Source: an uncultured Mailhella sp.
Lineage (GTDB): Bacteria > Desulfobacterota > Desulfovibrionia > Desulfovibrionales > Desulfovibrionaceae
Direction of reading: 5' to 3'
Assembly (NCBI GenBank): GCA_964369875.1
Contig: CAYJHY010000001.1
Coordinates: forward strand, 1-51,295
Length of the DNA stretch: 51,295 nucleotides
In this document: one piece after another, positions 35,478 through 45,268 of the stretch
How the letters are laid out: each line of letters starts with the position of its first letter
Numbering within the stretch: the first letter of the stretch is position 1
Notes under the pieces: model-generated
Database searches by the model: none
Told to the model about the DNA's origin: nothing
What the model saw: the letters and a program-made list of their open reading frames with translations, nothing else
Made by a program: the position numbers and the translations under genes

Positions 35478-36767
35478 TTACCCTTCTCTCACGTTCTCCC
35501 CTCCCCAAAAAACACCCACAGCCTCTTGGGGATAGAACTCCCCTGTTTCTGGGTCACAGGCCAACGCAAAGAGTCTTAGCTTAGAATCAGCGTCAAATTC
35601 AAAAGGTTGTTCTATACCTCTAAATTTTTTTGTAGCAGGAAAAACAAGAGCCATATCTCCTTGTCCTTTCATGTATTTATGACCGTAGGCAAAAAGTTGG
35701 TACATATCCCCTTGGGAAAGGTTGTAGTTTGGTTCTTCGGGATTTAGACACTTCCATTTTGCATCAAGAACCCAAGCCCTTTCTTCCTTTTCAAGTAAAA
35801 TATCAGGCTTTAGATTAAATATGTCCTTTTTCTTGTGTGTACAAAGATGATGCTTACTACTTTGAGCAGTTAATTTCACACCGCAGGCCAATCGTTTCCT
35901 CAATGACGCCACAACAAAAGACTCAAACAGCTTTTCCATAGGAAACAACAAGCTTATCCCTTGCCAATTATCATGTTGCGCAAAAGGCACATTACTCTGT
36001 AAAATGAGCTCACACCAAGGCTTTATTTTCATATAGTGTGACATATGCCTTGCATTTTGCCACAATTTTATATCATTTTTGATGTTTTGGCTTTGCGGAA
36101 CTTGCTCTGTCATTTTTATAAGCTGAGTGGCAAGCATCCAGTTTTCAGAATCTTGTGTTGCTTTATGGCACACAAGCAAAGCTGAACGTAATAAACGATT
36201 TTCAGCTCTATTAACAGAAAAAATATTATGGCGCACATGAGTAAGATGTTGCCTATGCAAAGGCTGGCGCACTTGCTTCGCTATATTTATTTGCCCTCGA
36301 ATAAAGGTTCGCTCTTCATCCACAACAGTATATTTTGAATGTAGCCCTTTTTTAAGAAGCTGAGCCAACTCTTGCAAGTAAAAGCTAATAAGCCATTCCG
36401 CAAGAGGTTTCTTTAAGCATTTTATTGACGCCCATTCAGATTCTTTTTTATCCTTTCCAAGGTAAATTAAAAGCATGTTCCAAAGAATCTTACGAGTTTT
36501 TTCAATTTCTTGGTCATCATCATGAATTTTTGGCAAAATTTCAATAGTTGTTCCGCATGGGCTTTGAAGCATACCCACATAACTGTTAAGCCGTAAAGTT
36601 TTTGTGCCCTCTATGTTGATAAATGTGTTTTCTTTTCTTCCCCATTTGGCATGCAACGCACAAAGCCACTCAAAAGCTGAAGGAGAAATACTTGCCTTAT
36701 CAAGTGTATTTATCTCTAAGCTTTGAGTAGTCAGCCTTGCGTATTCTCTAACGGTTATTGTTTTCAT
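35478..36767 (-). CDS. mcrC: McrC-family nuclease subunit
   Basis: SYVG, IEILPK, ME.LFE.FV, PD...DAKWK, DMYQLFAY. Confidence 0.9.
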   Translation of the reverse strand: MKTITVREYARLTTQSLEINTLDKASISPSAFEWLCALHAKWGRKENTFINIEGTKTLRLNSYVGMLQSPCGTTIEILPKIHDDDQEIEKTRKILWNMLLIYLGKDKKESEWASIKCLKKPLAEWLISFYLQELAQLLKKGLHSKYTVVDEERTFIRGQINIAKQVRQPLHRQHLTHVRHNIFSVNRAENRLLRSALLVCHKATQDSENWMLATQLIKMTEQVPQSQNIKNDIKLWQNARHMSHYMKIKPWCELILQSNVPFAQHDNWQGISLLFPMEKLFESFVVASLRKRLACGVKLTAQSSKHHLCTHKKKDIFNLKPDILLEKEERAWVLDAKWKCLNPEEPNYNLSQGDMYQLFAYGHKYMKGQGDMALVFPATKKFRGIEQPFEFDADSKLRLFALACDPETGEFYPQEAVGVFWGGENVREG

Positions 36768-38935
36768 AAAGTTGACAGGAACTGTTGATCAAGAACTTCA
36801 AGTAAACGATGAGCCAATCCTCTAGTATTGGTTTTTTCATCGGTGACATTTAGAGCATACTTTTGAATGATTACTCTTAATTCTTTCTTAATATTTGTAT
36901 CACTCCTATCTTGATGTACTCTTTGTCCATTCACATATAGTTGCACAGGGCAGTTAGAGATTGACACTTTTTTATCACGTTCTTGATACTGAATAATGGT
37001 ATACTCATTGAGTTGTCTTGCCCTCTCAACATCAGAAATAGTAATTTCACTGACAAATTCTGGTAATTCTGAAAGCTCCTCATATTCAATAGTTCTTTCT
37101 ACCTTTTTGGTTGCATCAAAAATTCCCACATAGCTTTCCAGCTCATCAAAAGCAGTTCTGCTTAGTTCCCATACATCCCGTTGAAAAATTGATAATTCAC
37201 CATCAAACATATTCGAGGATGATTTTTTCTTGTTAATAAATTTAAACTTATCCTCAATTTTCTTATGATCATTCAAAACAAGATGAATTTTATACCAATC
37301 TTCAAAGAAATATTCTTGTAGCAAGGGAATTATTGCCCCTTGAAAAACTTGTTTAAGCTCTTCAACTGTTACCTTGCCACTCAAGTGCATAAAGGGTGCA
37401 TGTCCAAGGCAATAATCTCGGCCAAGCAAAACTTCGATTCGCTCATTCATAGTTGATAAAATGTGCGCTAATGAAATGTCTGTGCCTACTATCATTTTTT
37501 CTTTTAACAATTCAGGCTGCGGTGGCATTTCCACAAAGGTAAAACGCCTACGAAGTGCTATATCAAGCCCAGTTAAAGAACGATCGGCAGTATTCATTGT
37601 TCCGATGATATATAAATTATCAGGTACTCCAAAGGATTCACGAGAATAAGGGAGCACCGTTTTAAGCTCTTCCTTGGCGCCAATACGTTTTGAGGGTTCA
37701 ATCAGGGTAATAAGTTCCCCAAAGATGCCCGAAATATTCCCTCTGTTAATCTCATCTATAATAAGGACGTATGGTTTTTGTGGTGTTTCCTCGGCCGCCT
37801 CACAAATTTTTTTAAAAATACCGGGTTCAACAGAATAGGAAATAGTCCCACTATTTTCTGCTGTTTCAGTTTTCGATAAATTTGGGCGTATCCCCTCCAC
37901 AAAATCTTCATAGCTAAAACTTTGATGAAAAGTTACAAAATAAATTCTTTCATCATGAACGAATGCATCAAACGCTTCTTTTTGTTGTTGACGATCATCA
38001 GTATAAGCAAGGTTAGGCTCTAAAATTGAAAGCGCTGCATTAATTGTGCTATAGGTTTTCCCTGTTCCGGGAGGACCATAAAGTATAATATTCTTATTAT
38101 TTTTTGTTCTGCCGTCTATTTCCTGTAATTTTTCTTTTTTCATAGCCTCATCTTCTGTGTCTTCAAATGCAGGGACTTGCTCGCCAATAATTTCACTATA
38201 TGCCTTATAAGAAAGCTCCGGAAACGAATCAATATCACCCCTTTTCTCCACAAATTTCGCTTTTAGCGAAGCTTGAATATTGAGGTATTGTTCACCGGAA
38301 AATGGCTTAGATCCTTTTTTACCCACAATAATATCATCTAAGTTATTTTTGCGAATATATTCGATCGATTTTTTGTCTAATGTCGGATAAAAATACGGGC
38401 AAGTCCAATAAAGGCCAATAGTCAAATTCCACGCAACTCCATTAACTAAAAGAGCATTGTCGTAGTCAGCTATAAATTGTTTTTTATTTTCTGGAGTGTC
38501 AGAACTTTCGTAATTGATTGCGGTTTCAAATATTTTCCATATTTTATCTATATCATCCACTTTTCTGAGTTTTTCAAATCGAAAAAACCATGATCTCTGA
38601 TTATTTAATGTAGGAATCCCTTTAAAACTTGACGGTATCTCGGCAGTGATTGAAAATTCTTTTTTAATATCGGTAAGAAGGTTAATTCTATTCGCATCAG
38701 TAATCCCTCGATTGAAAATTCCAAGAAATGTAAATGGGCATATATCCCTTAGCGGACCTTCTTCATTATTTTCATATTGATCTACATAGGTTTTTTTAAA
38801 TCGCACAAAAGATGGCAACTCATACATTATATTTAAGAGTTCTTCTCTGTTATTCTTGTATATTAACAAAGAATTTGTAAATTCCTTATAAAATGCTATC
38901 CAAGAAAACTTGTCTTGAGAATCTATTCCTAACAT
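36764..38935 (-). CDS. mcrB: McrB-family AAA+ GTPase
   Basis: GPPGTGKT, FHQSFSYEDFVEG, DEINRG, MNTAD, ALRRRF; GAGGGGG RBS before the ATG at 38935. Confidence 0.92.
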   Translation of the reverse strand: MLGIDSQDKFSWIAFYKEFTNSLLIYKNNREELLNIMYELPSFVRFKKTYVDQYENNEEGPLRDICPFTFLGIFNRGITDANRINLLTDIKKEFSITAEIPSSFKGIPTLNNQRSWFFRFEKLRKVDDIDKIWKIFETAINYESSDTPENKKQFIADYDNALLVNGVAWNLTIGLYWTCPYFYPTLDKKSIEYIRKNNLDDIIVGKKGSKPFSGEQYLNIQASLKAKFVEKRGDIDSFPELSYKAYSEIIGEQVPAFEDTEDEAMKKEKLQEIDGRTKNNKNIILYGPPGTGKTYSTINAALSILEPNLAYTDDRQQQKEAFDAFVHDERIYFVTFHQSFSYEDFVEGIRPNLSKTETAENSGTISYSVEPGIFKKICEAAEETPQKPYVLIIDEINRGNISGIFGELITLIEPSKRIGAKEELKTVLPYSRESFGVPDNLYIIGTMNTADRSLTGLDIALRRRFTFVEMPPQPELLKEKMIVGTDISLAHILSTMNERIEVLLGRDYCLGHAPFMHLSGKVTVEELKQVFQGAIIPLLQEYFFEDWYKIHLVLNDHKKIEDKFKFINKKKSSSNMFDGELSIFQRDVWELSRTAFDELESYVGIFDATKKVERTIEYEELSELPEFVSEITISDVERARQLNEYTIIQYQERDKKVSISNCPVQLYVNGQRVHQDRSDTNIKKELRVIIQKYALNVTDEKTNTRGLAHRLLEVLDQQFLSTL

Positions 38936-39239
38936 TATTTCCCCCTCAATATATGTGGCAATCTTTAAATCCTTTCCCATCACAATAAATCAACCTTTTG
39001 AAAATACATAACATTTTCAAACAAACTTCTTTATATACCAAGATTTGATTCTTTTATCATGTTTCCACTATAAGCTCCAGTTTAATTTCTACTTACTACT
39101 TTATGCAAGCAAAAACTACAGAACGCTCATCACTTTCAACAGATTCTAAACAACACCATAAAAACACCACTTACCACAAAAAAAACACTTTTTACAAAAT
39201 TTCATAGAAACAGCTTCATAAAAGCTGTTGAGAAAAATA

Positions 39240-39268
39240 TTGACGAGAACACAATTCTAGGTTATCTT
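39240..39268 (+). promoter_or_regulatory. Probable promoter for the DUF3892/hsd operon
   Basis: TTGACG-17nt-TATCTT. Confidence 0.55.
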
Positions 39269-39430
39269 CTTTACATGGACAAGAAAAAAAGCCCTTAGAT
39301 GTGTACTATCAACATCTAAAGGCTTAGGTGTCTTTACAAAGAAAGACAATTCGTGAGAAAAATTATCTAGCACACATGTGCCATTTTGTAAAGTTGCCCA
39401 AGTCCAAATAAAAATACTGGGAGGACTCAT

Positions 39431-39715
39431 ATGTTATACATATCTAGAGTTCACTATGAGGATAGCTTTTATGCGTATCCCGCCATCACAAAGGTTAAGG
39501 CAACAAACAGTCTTGTAAGCAATCTTGAATATGAATACAGCAAACAAGACATAATCAATCGCATACAAAACAATTTTGAATCGGTTAAAACCAAATACCT
39601 AAAAAATGGAGTCTGGCAAGTTGGCGAAGATGTTAGAGTTGTAAACGGTACATATCTCAGAACCGACTCTAACGGTAAACCTGAAGACAATCTAGGCAAC
39701 CTTCCCCGCTTCTAA
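39431..39715 (+). CDS. DUF3892-family protein
   Basis: C-terminal YLRTD.N....DNL.NLP.F signature; GGAGG RBS. Confidence 0.85.
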   Translation: MLYISRVHYEDSFYAYPAITKVKATNSLVSNLEYEYSKQDIINRIQNNFESVKTKYLKNGVWQVGEDVRVVNGTYLRTDSNGKPEDNLGNLPRF

Positions 39716-39727
39716 CATAACTCTGCC

Positions 39728-39763
39728 CCCTCAAGACAAGCTTGATAGAACTTGTCTTGAGGG
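39728..39763. other. Intergenic hairpin, 13-bp stem
   Basis: CCCTCAAGACAAG-10nt-CTTGTCTTGAGGG with no T-tract. Confidence 0.6.
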
Positions 39764-39782
39764 ACAATATAAAGGTTATTCT

Positions 39783-40334
39783 ATGCAAAAAGTTCAACTG
39801 AAAGACATCGCAGAAATCAGGCCATGCATAACCACCGCCGCCAAAACTTCGGAAGAAGCCAAGTGGATTACCCCCGCCAACCTTTTGGAACATAATGAAA
39901 TTCTAAAACCTACTTTAGAAACGAAATACGCTAAAAGCGATGACCTCAAAATCACGCCACAAAGTATTTTGATAAAAAGAATCAGCCCTCAATTTGTCAG
40001 TTATATTGACTCTATAGAGGAAGAAACCTATGCCGCCAACAACCTTATTCTTATCCGAACGGCTATAGCTAACCCTAAATATCTGGCATTTATACTTAAC
40101 CACAAAATAAAATCCGTCGTAGAAAAAGCGTCCACCAGTAACATTCTGCCAAGCCTTTTGCGTAAGGATTTTGAAATGATTGAAATTCCCCTTCCTCCTC
40201 TTACGCAACAGCAAATACTCGGGGAATACTGGTTTCACTCCATACAAAAATATCATTTATCCAAAAAATTGATGGAATTGGAATACCAAAAAGACATGCA
40301 CCTTTTAAAAGCCTTTGCCCTTGAAAGCAAGTAG
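39783..40334 (+). CDS. Half-size HsdS-like protein (one TRD plus helix)
   Basis: V.LKDIAEI, PKYLAFILN, IEIPLPPL..QQ.L; directly before hsdM. Confidence 0.75.
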   Translation: MQKVQLKDIAEIRPCITTAAKTSEEAKWITPANLLEHNEILKPTLETKYAKSDDLKITPQSILIKRISPQFVSYIDSIEEETYAANNLILIRTAIANPKYLAFILNHKIKSVVEKASTSNILPSLLRKDFEMIEIPLPPLTQQQILGEYWFHSIQKYHLSKKLMELEYQKDMHLLKAFALESK

Positions 40335-40345
40335 GAGATATATAA

Positions 40346-41989
40346 ATGACAACTTTTGATGATATAAAAGCAGCACTTTGGGCAGGCGCCAACACATTTC
40401 GTGACAATATCGATGCAGCCAACTATAAAGATTATGTTCTTTCCATGCTTTTTGTAAAATATCTAAGCGATACTTACAAAGAAAGCGTTGAAAATCTCGA
40501 AAAAGAATATGAGGGAATACGCCTTGAAAGACAAATTGGTCTTCTTCCCTTCACCTTAAAAAAAGAATACTCCTTTGACTATCTTGAAGAACATAAAAAC
40601 GCGGTTGATATTGGCGCAAAAATAAGTATAGCGCTTACAGGCATTGAAGATTCCAACCCTATTTTAGCAGGTATTTTTAGAGGAATTGACTTCAACAGTG
40701 AAGCCAACTTGGGTAAAAAAGAGCAAAAAAATCCTTTATTGCGTTCACTCATTCAAGATTTTGCAGATCTTGATTTACGCCCCAGTCAAATCGCCATCAA
40801 AAAAGATCAAGTACCCGCCGACGTTATCGGTGATGCCTATGAGTATATGATTGGTGAATTCGCAACCATGGCCGGAAAGAAAGCAGGAAGCTTTTTTACC
40901 CCCCAATCTGTATCTGAAATCATGGCACAAATTGTTAATCCACACCCCAAAGACAGGGTTTATGACCCCACATGCGGTTCAGGCTCTCTGCTTATCAGAG
41001 CAGCCCGAAAAGGTGGCCTCGATCAAGTTTCCATGTTTGGCCAAGAAGTGAATAGTTCTGCCATTTCCATGGCCAGAATGAATATGTTTATCCACGACAT
41101 CAAAGACGCTAAAATAACATGGGGAGATACGCTTTCAAACCCAACGCATTTAGACAGTGACGGCAATTTAATGAAATTTGACTGCATTGTTGCCAATATG
41201 CCTTTTTCTAAGGATAAATGGGCAGAAGGTTTTAATCCCGGCGGAGAAGTTTCCATAGATGTTTCCATAGGCGCTTCCGCAGGTGCTTTCGTAGGTGCCA
41301 CAAGCGATGAAAAAGACGACGCAAGCGCCAAACCCAAAAAGGCCAAAGCAAAAAAAGAATTCAAAATGGAAGCCGGCCTCGACAAATGGAAACGCTTTGA
41401 TTTAGGTGTTCCCCCATCAAGTAAAGGAGACTGGGCATTTTTACTTCATATGGTCGCCAGTATGTCTTCTCGTGGCAGAGTTGCGGCCGTTGCTCCCCAT
41501 GGGGTGCTCTTCCGTGGCGCTTCTGAGGGAAAAATCCGCCAAGCAATTATAGATAAAAATCTTATCGATGCGGTTATCGGTTTGCCTGAAAATCTTTTTT
41601 ACGGAACTTCCATCCCTGCGTGTATCCTTGTGTTCAAAAAAGACAGAACAAAAAGTGATGTACTCTTTATAGATGCCTCTAAAACGTTCATCAAAGACAA
41701 AGCAAAAAATGTTTTGCGTGATGAAGATATTTCAAAAATCGTGGACACCTATAGAGCTTTTGTAAATGATGAAAATGCAGACATTGAAAAATACAGCCAT
41801 GTGGCAACTCTCGAAGAAATAAAAGAGAATGAATATAACCTTAATATTCCTCGCTATGTAGATACTTTTGAAGAAGAACAAATTATCGATATTGAAGCAC
41901 TCAATAAAGAAATTGCGGAAACAGAAGCAGAATTGGCTGAGGTTAAGGCAAAAATGCAAACCTTTTTGCAAGAGCTTGGTTTGGTGTAG
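40346..41989 (+). CDS. hsdM: Type I R-M methyltransferase subunit
   Basis: GDAYEY, FFTP, YDPTCGSG, ANMPFS, HGVLFRG, NLNIPRY. Confidence 0.95.
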   Translation: MTTFDDIKAALWAGANTFRDNIDAANYKDYVLSMLFVKYLSDTYKESVENLEKEYEGIRLERQIGLLPFTLKKEYSFDYLEEHKNAVDIGAKISIALTGIEDSNPILAGIFRGIDFNSEANLGKKEQKNPLLRSLIQDFADLDLRPSQIAIKKDQVPADVIGDAYEYMIGEFATMAGKKAGSFFTPQSVSEIMAQIVNPHPKDRVYDPTCGSGSLLIRAARKGGLDQVSMFGQEVNSSAISMARMNMFIHDIKDAKITWGDTLSNPTHLDSDGNLMKFDCIVANMPFSKDKWAEGFNPGGEVSIDVSIGASAGAFVGATSDEKDDASAKPKKAKAKKEFKMEAGLDKWKRFDLGVPPSSKGDWAFLLHMVASMSSRGRVAAVAPHGVLFRGASEGKIRQAIIDKNLIDAVIGLPENLFYGTSIPACILVFKKDRTKSDVLFIDASKTFIKDKAKNVLRDEDISKIVDTYRAFVNDENADIEKYSHVATLEEIKENEYNLNIPRYVDTFEEEQIIDIEALNKEIAETEAELAEVKAKMQTFLQELGLV

Positions 41990-42012
41990 AATATTTTTAG
42001 TGTTCGGTTATT

Positions 42013-42067
42013 TTTTGAGGGGGAAAACCCTATTTTTGAGCCAAAAATAAGGTTTTCCCCCTCAAAA
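42013..42067. repeat. REP-like long hairpin, copy 1
   Basis: TTTTGAGGGGGAAAACC-C-TATTTTTG / CAAAAATA-A-GGTTTTCCCCCTCAAAA. Confidence 0.7.
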
Positions 42068-42128
42068 CGCAACGGGCTCCCCCTTTCCTGAAAAAGCAAT
42101 ACGGAATAGCATATAGTGAGGTTTAATT

Positions 42129-42959
42129 ATGTCTCAAATTACAAATTATAATGAAAATATCTTTGAAAACATCAAAAATATTAATGAATACGAACAAGAA
42201 TTTTGGTACGCCAGAGACTTACAACCAATACTTGAATATACAGAATGGCGCAATTTTTCAAAGGTAATCGAAAAGGCTAAGATTGCCTGTGAACAAAGCA
42301 GTTATGCGGTTTCCAATCATTTTGTTGACGTCAACAAAATAGTAAAAACCGGCGTGGCAGAACGAGAAATAGAAGACATAATGCTTACCCGTTATGCCTG
42401 TTATTTAATTGTTATGAATGGCGATCCCAAAAAAGAAGTTATTGCCCTTGGTCAAACCTATTTCGCCATCAAGGCCAGACAGCAGGAACTTATTGACGAT
42501 TACGAAATACTTTCCGAAGAAGAAAAAAGGCTTGCCATACGCTGTGAAATGACAAGGCACAATAAATCCCTTGCAGAATCCGCCAAGCAAGCAGGCGTAG
42601 AAAAGCCCTTGGAGTATGCAGTTTTTCAAAACTGGGGATATAAAGGGCTTTATGGCGGTATGACAGCCAAGGATATTCACACCCATAAAGGACTCAAGAA
42701 AAGCCAAGACATCCTTGACCATATGGGAAGCACAGAGCTTGCGGCCAATCTGTTTAGAGCGACCCAAACCGATGAAAAACTCCGTCGAGAAAATATTCAA
42801 GGCAAAAAACAAGCAAATCAAACCCACTTTGAAGTCGGGCAAAAAGTACGCCAAACCATAGCAGACTTAGGCGGTACCATGCCCGAAAACTTGCCGACTC
42901 CACCCAAAAGCATTAAGCAAATTGAAAAAGAAATAGAAAAAAAGAAGCTTGGGGAGTAA
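42129..42959 (+). CDS. dinD: DinD-family protein (Bro-N-like N-terminus)
   Basis: EFWYARDLQ..L.Y..W, LTRYACYLI..NGDP.K, ILDHMGSTELAANLFR.TQ, LGGTMPE.LP. Confidence 0.92.
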   Translation: MSQITNYNENIFENIKNINEYEQEFWYARDLQPILEYTEWRNFSKVIEKAKIACEQSSYAVSNHFVDVNKIVKTGVAEREIEDIMLTRYACYLIVMNGDPKKEVIALGQTYFAIKARQQELIDDYEILSEEEKRLAIRCEMTRHNKSLAESAKQAGVEKPLEYAVFQNWGYKGLYGGMTAKDIHTHKGLKKSQDILDHMGSTELAANLFRATQTDEKLRRENIQGKKQANQTHFEVGQKVRQTIADLGGTMPENLPTPPKSIKQIEKEIEKKKLGE

Positions 42960-44406
42960 GGGAGAAAATATATGAGCGCAAAAGAACCATCAAATAAATT
43001 TCACTCTTTTTCATTTATTATAGTATATGTTCTGCTTATTATGGCGTTACTGGGGGCTAACCTTTGGTATACTTGGAAATTTACCGAAAGCACACAAGAA
43101 ATAACAGAAAAGTATTATAATGAAAATATATATGCATTGGTAAATCATTTAGATTTAGATAATGCAAAGATTTTAGAATTTTATAAAAAACAAGAAGAAA
43201 ATTACGGTAAATTTTCCGCTCAGTATTATAGTAATCAAAGCGATTGGCTCAATCGTTGGCTTACTGTGCTTGTGGCAGTTCTGACATTTACAGGTGTTGT
43301 GCTTCCTTTACTTTTCACACGCTATAACATTGAAAAGAAAAATGATTTAGAAAAATTGACTGCTGAAATGCGACACACTCAAAAAGAAATGGCTCAAACA
43401 CAAAAAGAAATTGATGATACCCATAGACAAATGAGAACATCACTTGACACTTTAGACAAAAACAATACTGAAATGAAGAACTCTGTTCAAGAAGTTGATG
43501 AGCATAAAAAGAAAATTGAAGATGATATTAAAGCACAACAAGAACAAATGAAAGAGGAAATAAAAGAAGTTAAGGAATATGTAGCACAAGCAAAAGAAGC
43601 AGAAAGAAAAGCTAAAATAAGTGAACTTATAAATACCGCATATTTACAATTTACAGAGAAAAAATATGATGACGCAATCAAAACTAGTAAGCAGGTGTTA
43701 GACTTAGAAATTGATAATGAGACTGCGTTATTTTATTTAGGTGTGTGTTATGCACAGAAAAAAGATTATAATAAATCAATAAGGTATTATAATGAAGCAT
43801 TAAAGCTAACACCTAATAATGTAAGTATTCTTTTTAATTTAGGCCTTTGTTATTTCTTTAAAAAAGATTATGACAAATCAATTGAATATTATAATAAAGC
43901 GTTAGAAATAAAACCTAATGAAACAAAAACACTTTCAATCTTAGCTAGCTGTTATTTAAAGAAAAATGATTACAATAAGGCTATAGAATATTATAATAAA
44001 GCGCTAGAAATAAAACCTAATGAAGCAGATAATATTTCAAACTTAGGTGTTTGTTATTTCAAAAAAAATGATTATGATAACGCTATAAACTATTTTTTTA
44101 AATCACTGAGCATTAAAAAGAGTGCTTTAACATTGTATAACATTGTCGAAACATATTTTTCCCAACGAGATTTCAAAAACACGCTTAATTATTTGAAAGA
44201 ATTTTTAACTGTAGATAATTTTATTTTTAAAGATGATAAAGAAAAGTGGCTTGAAGTCATAAATCATAATCCAGAAAAAGAATATGCTCAAGAACTTGCT
44301 AGCATAATCGAAAATGAACTTGTTGAAAAAGAACAAGACGAGGATTAATCCCATGACCCCACAAATTGAAAAAGGAATAGAAAAAAAGAAGCTTGGAGAG
44401 TAAGGG
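42918..44406. repeat. 45-bp direct repeat (42918-62 and 44362-406) flanking the TPR gene
   Basis: 43/45 identity; the first copy is the 3' end of dinD. Confidence 0.9.
42972..44348 (+). CDS. Membrane-anchored coiled-coil TPR protein
   Basis: Two TMs, a coiled coil and about five 34-aa TPRs with 102-bp DNA periodicity (43881 and 43983). Confidence 0.85.
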   Translation: MSAKEPSNKFHSFSFIIVYVLLIMALLGANLWYTWKFTESTQEITEKYYNENIYALVNHLDLDNAKILEFYKKQEENYGKFSAQYYSNQSDWLNRWLTVLVAVLTFTGVVLPLLFTRYNIEKKNDLEKLTAEMRHTQKEMAQTQKEIDDTHRQMRTSLDTLDKNNTEMKNSVQEVDEHKKKIEDDIKAQQEQMKEEIKEVKEYVAQAKEAERKAKISELINTAYLQFTEKKYDDAIKTSKQVLDLEIDNETALFYLGVCYAQKKDYNKSIRYYNEALKLTPNNVSILFNLGLCYFFKKDYDKSIEYYNKALEIKPNETKTLSILASCYLKKNDYNKAIEYYNKALEIKPNEADNISNLGVCYFKKNDYDNAINYFFKSLSIKKSALTLYNIVETYFSQRDFKNTLNYLKEFLTVDNFIFKDDKEKWLEVINHNPEKEYAQELASIIENELVEKEQDED

Positions 44407-44497
44407 GTATGCAAATTGATAAACAAGAAATGTATAGAGAGCTTTATTTTCGTGCTACACGTGCAATAAACAAAAATTATACAAGCAAAGAAGGGAA

Positions 44498-45268
44498 ATG
44501 AAGATTATGACAGCACATGAATTGATGAAAGATTTTTTAGAAAATTGCCCACCTTATAAACCTTATAATTATGAATCATCGTTACATATAGGACATTTGA
44601 CAGCACTTTCTTTTTACCCTAAGCTTGAAATAACATGCTTAACATGTGGCAAAGAAAAAACATTTTTTCCGAGTGTAATTAAATCATTTGAAAGTCCTGA
44701 TGTTATTTCTATAAAATATTCCTGCTCTCAATGTTCCACAACTTATACTTATTGTTTTATTCGTAGTTCAAAAAGTTATATAAAAATAGGACAATTTCCT
44801 TCTTTTGCAGACCTTTCACACAAAAAAAGCGAAAAATATAAAAAAGTTTTACCTAAATATTATATTGAGTATAAAAAATCACTGTCTGCCTACTCCCAAG
44901 GTATGGGGGTTGCTTCTTTCGTGTACCTTCGTAGAATTTTAGAAGACTTGGTAGAGAAAAAGTATGAAAAACTTTCTAATAAAGAAGATAAAGCTCGGTT
45001 TATTGATAAATTGAAGGCAGTACAAAAACATGAAGAAATCATTCCCCCAGAAATCGAAGAAATAAAAAGCTCCCTATACTCTGTTCTTAGTAAAAGAGTT
45101 CACGAATATTCAGAAGAAGAGTGTCTAGCTGTATATGATTCTGTCAATTTTATCATTGAACTTATTCTTGATAAAGAGTTAGAGGCAAAGGCAAGAACTG
45201 AAAAAATTAAATCTGCGACACAAGCAATTAAAGATAAATTGAGCACCCCCCATGACTCCACAAATTAA
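44498..45268 (+). CDS. Zn-ribbon plus HEPN-like (DUF4145-like) protein
   Basis: CLTC and CSQC, KIGQFPS, YLRRILE, LSKRVH. Confidence 0.55.
   Translation: MKIMTAHELMKDFLENCPPYKPYNYESSLHIGHLTALSFYPKLEITCLTCGKEKTFFPSVIKSFESPDVISIKYSCSQCSTTYTYCFIRSSKSYIKIGQFPSFADLSHKKSEKYKKVLPKYYIEYKKSLSAYSQGMGVASFVYLRRILEDLVEKKYEKLSNKEDKARFIDKLKAVQKHEEIIPPEIEEIKSSLYSVLSKRVHEYSEEECLAVYDSVNFIIELILDKELEAKARTEKIKSATQAIKDKLSTPHDSTN

Noticed and set aside
32001..39210. TTTCATAGAAA present upstream of the resolvase and again near 39200, as possible res or inversion sites
   Set aside because: An AT-rich 11-mer repeat is expected by chance in 51 kb, and I saw no extended similarity.
44498..45268. Link between the HEPN-like gene and the tRNA-Lys(UUU) amplification, by analogy to PrrC
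   Set aside because: The protein lacks the ABC ATPase domain of PrrC and nothing in the sequence connects the two loci.
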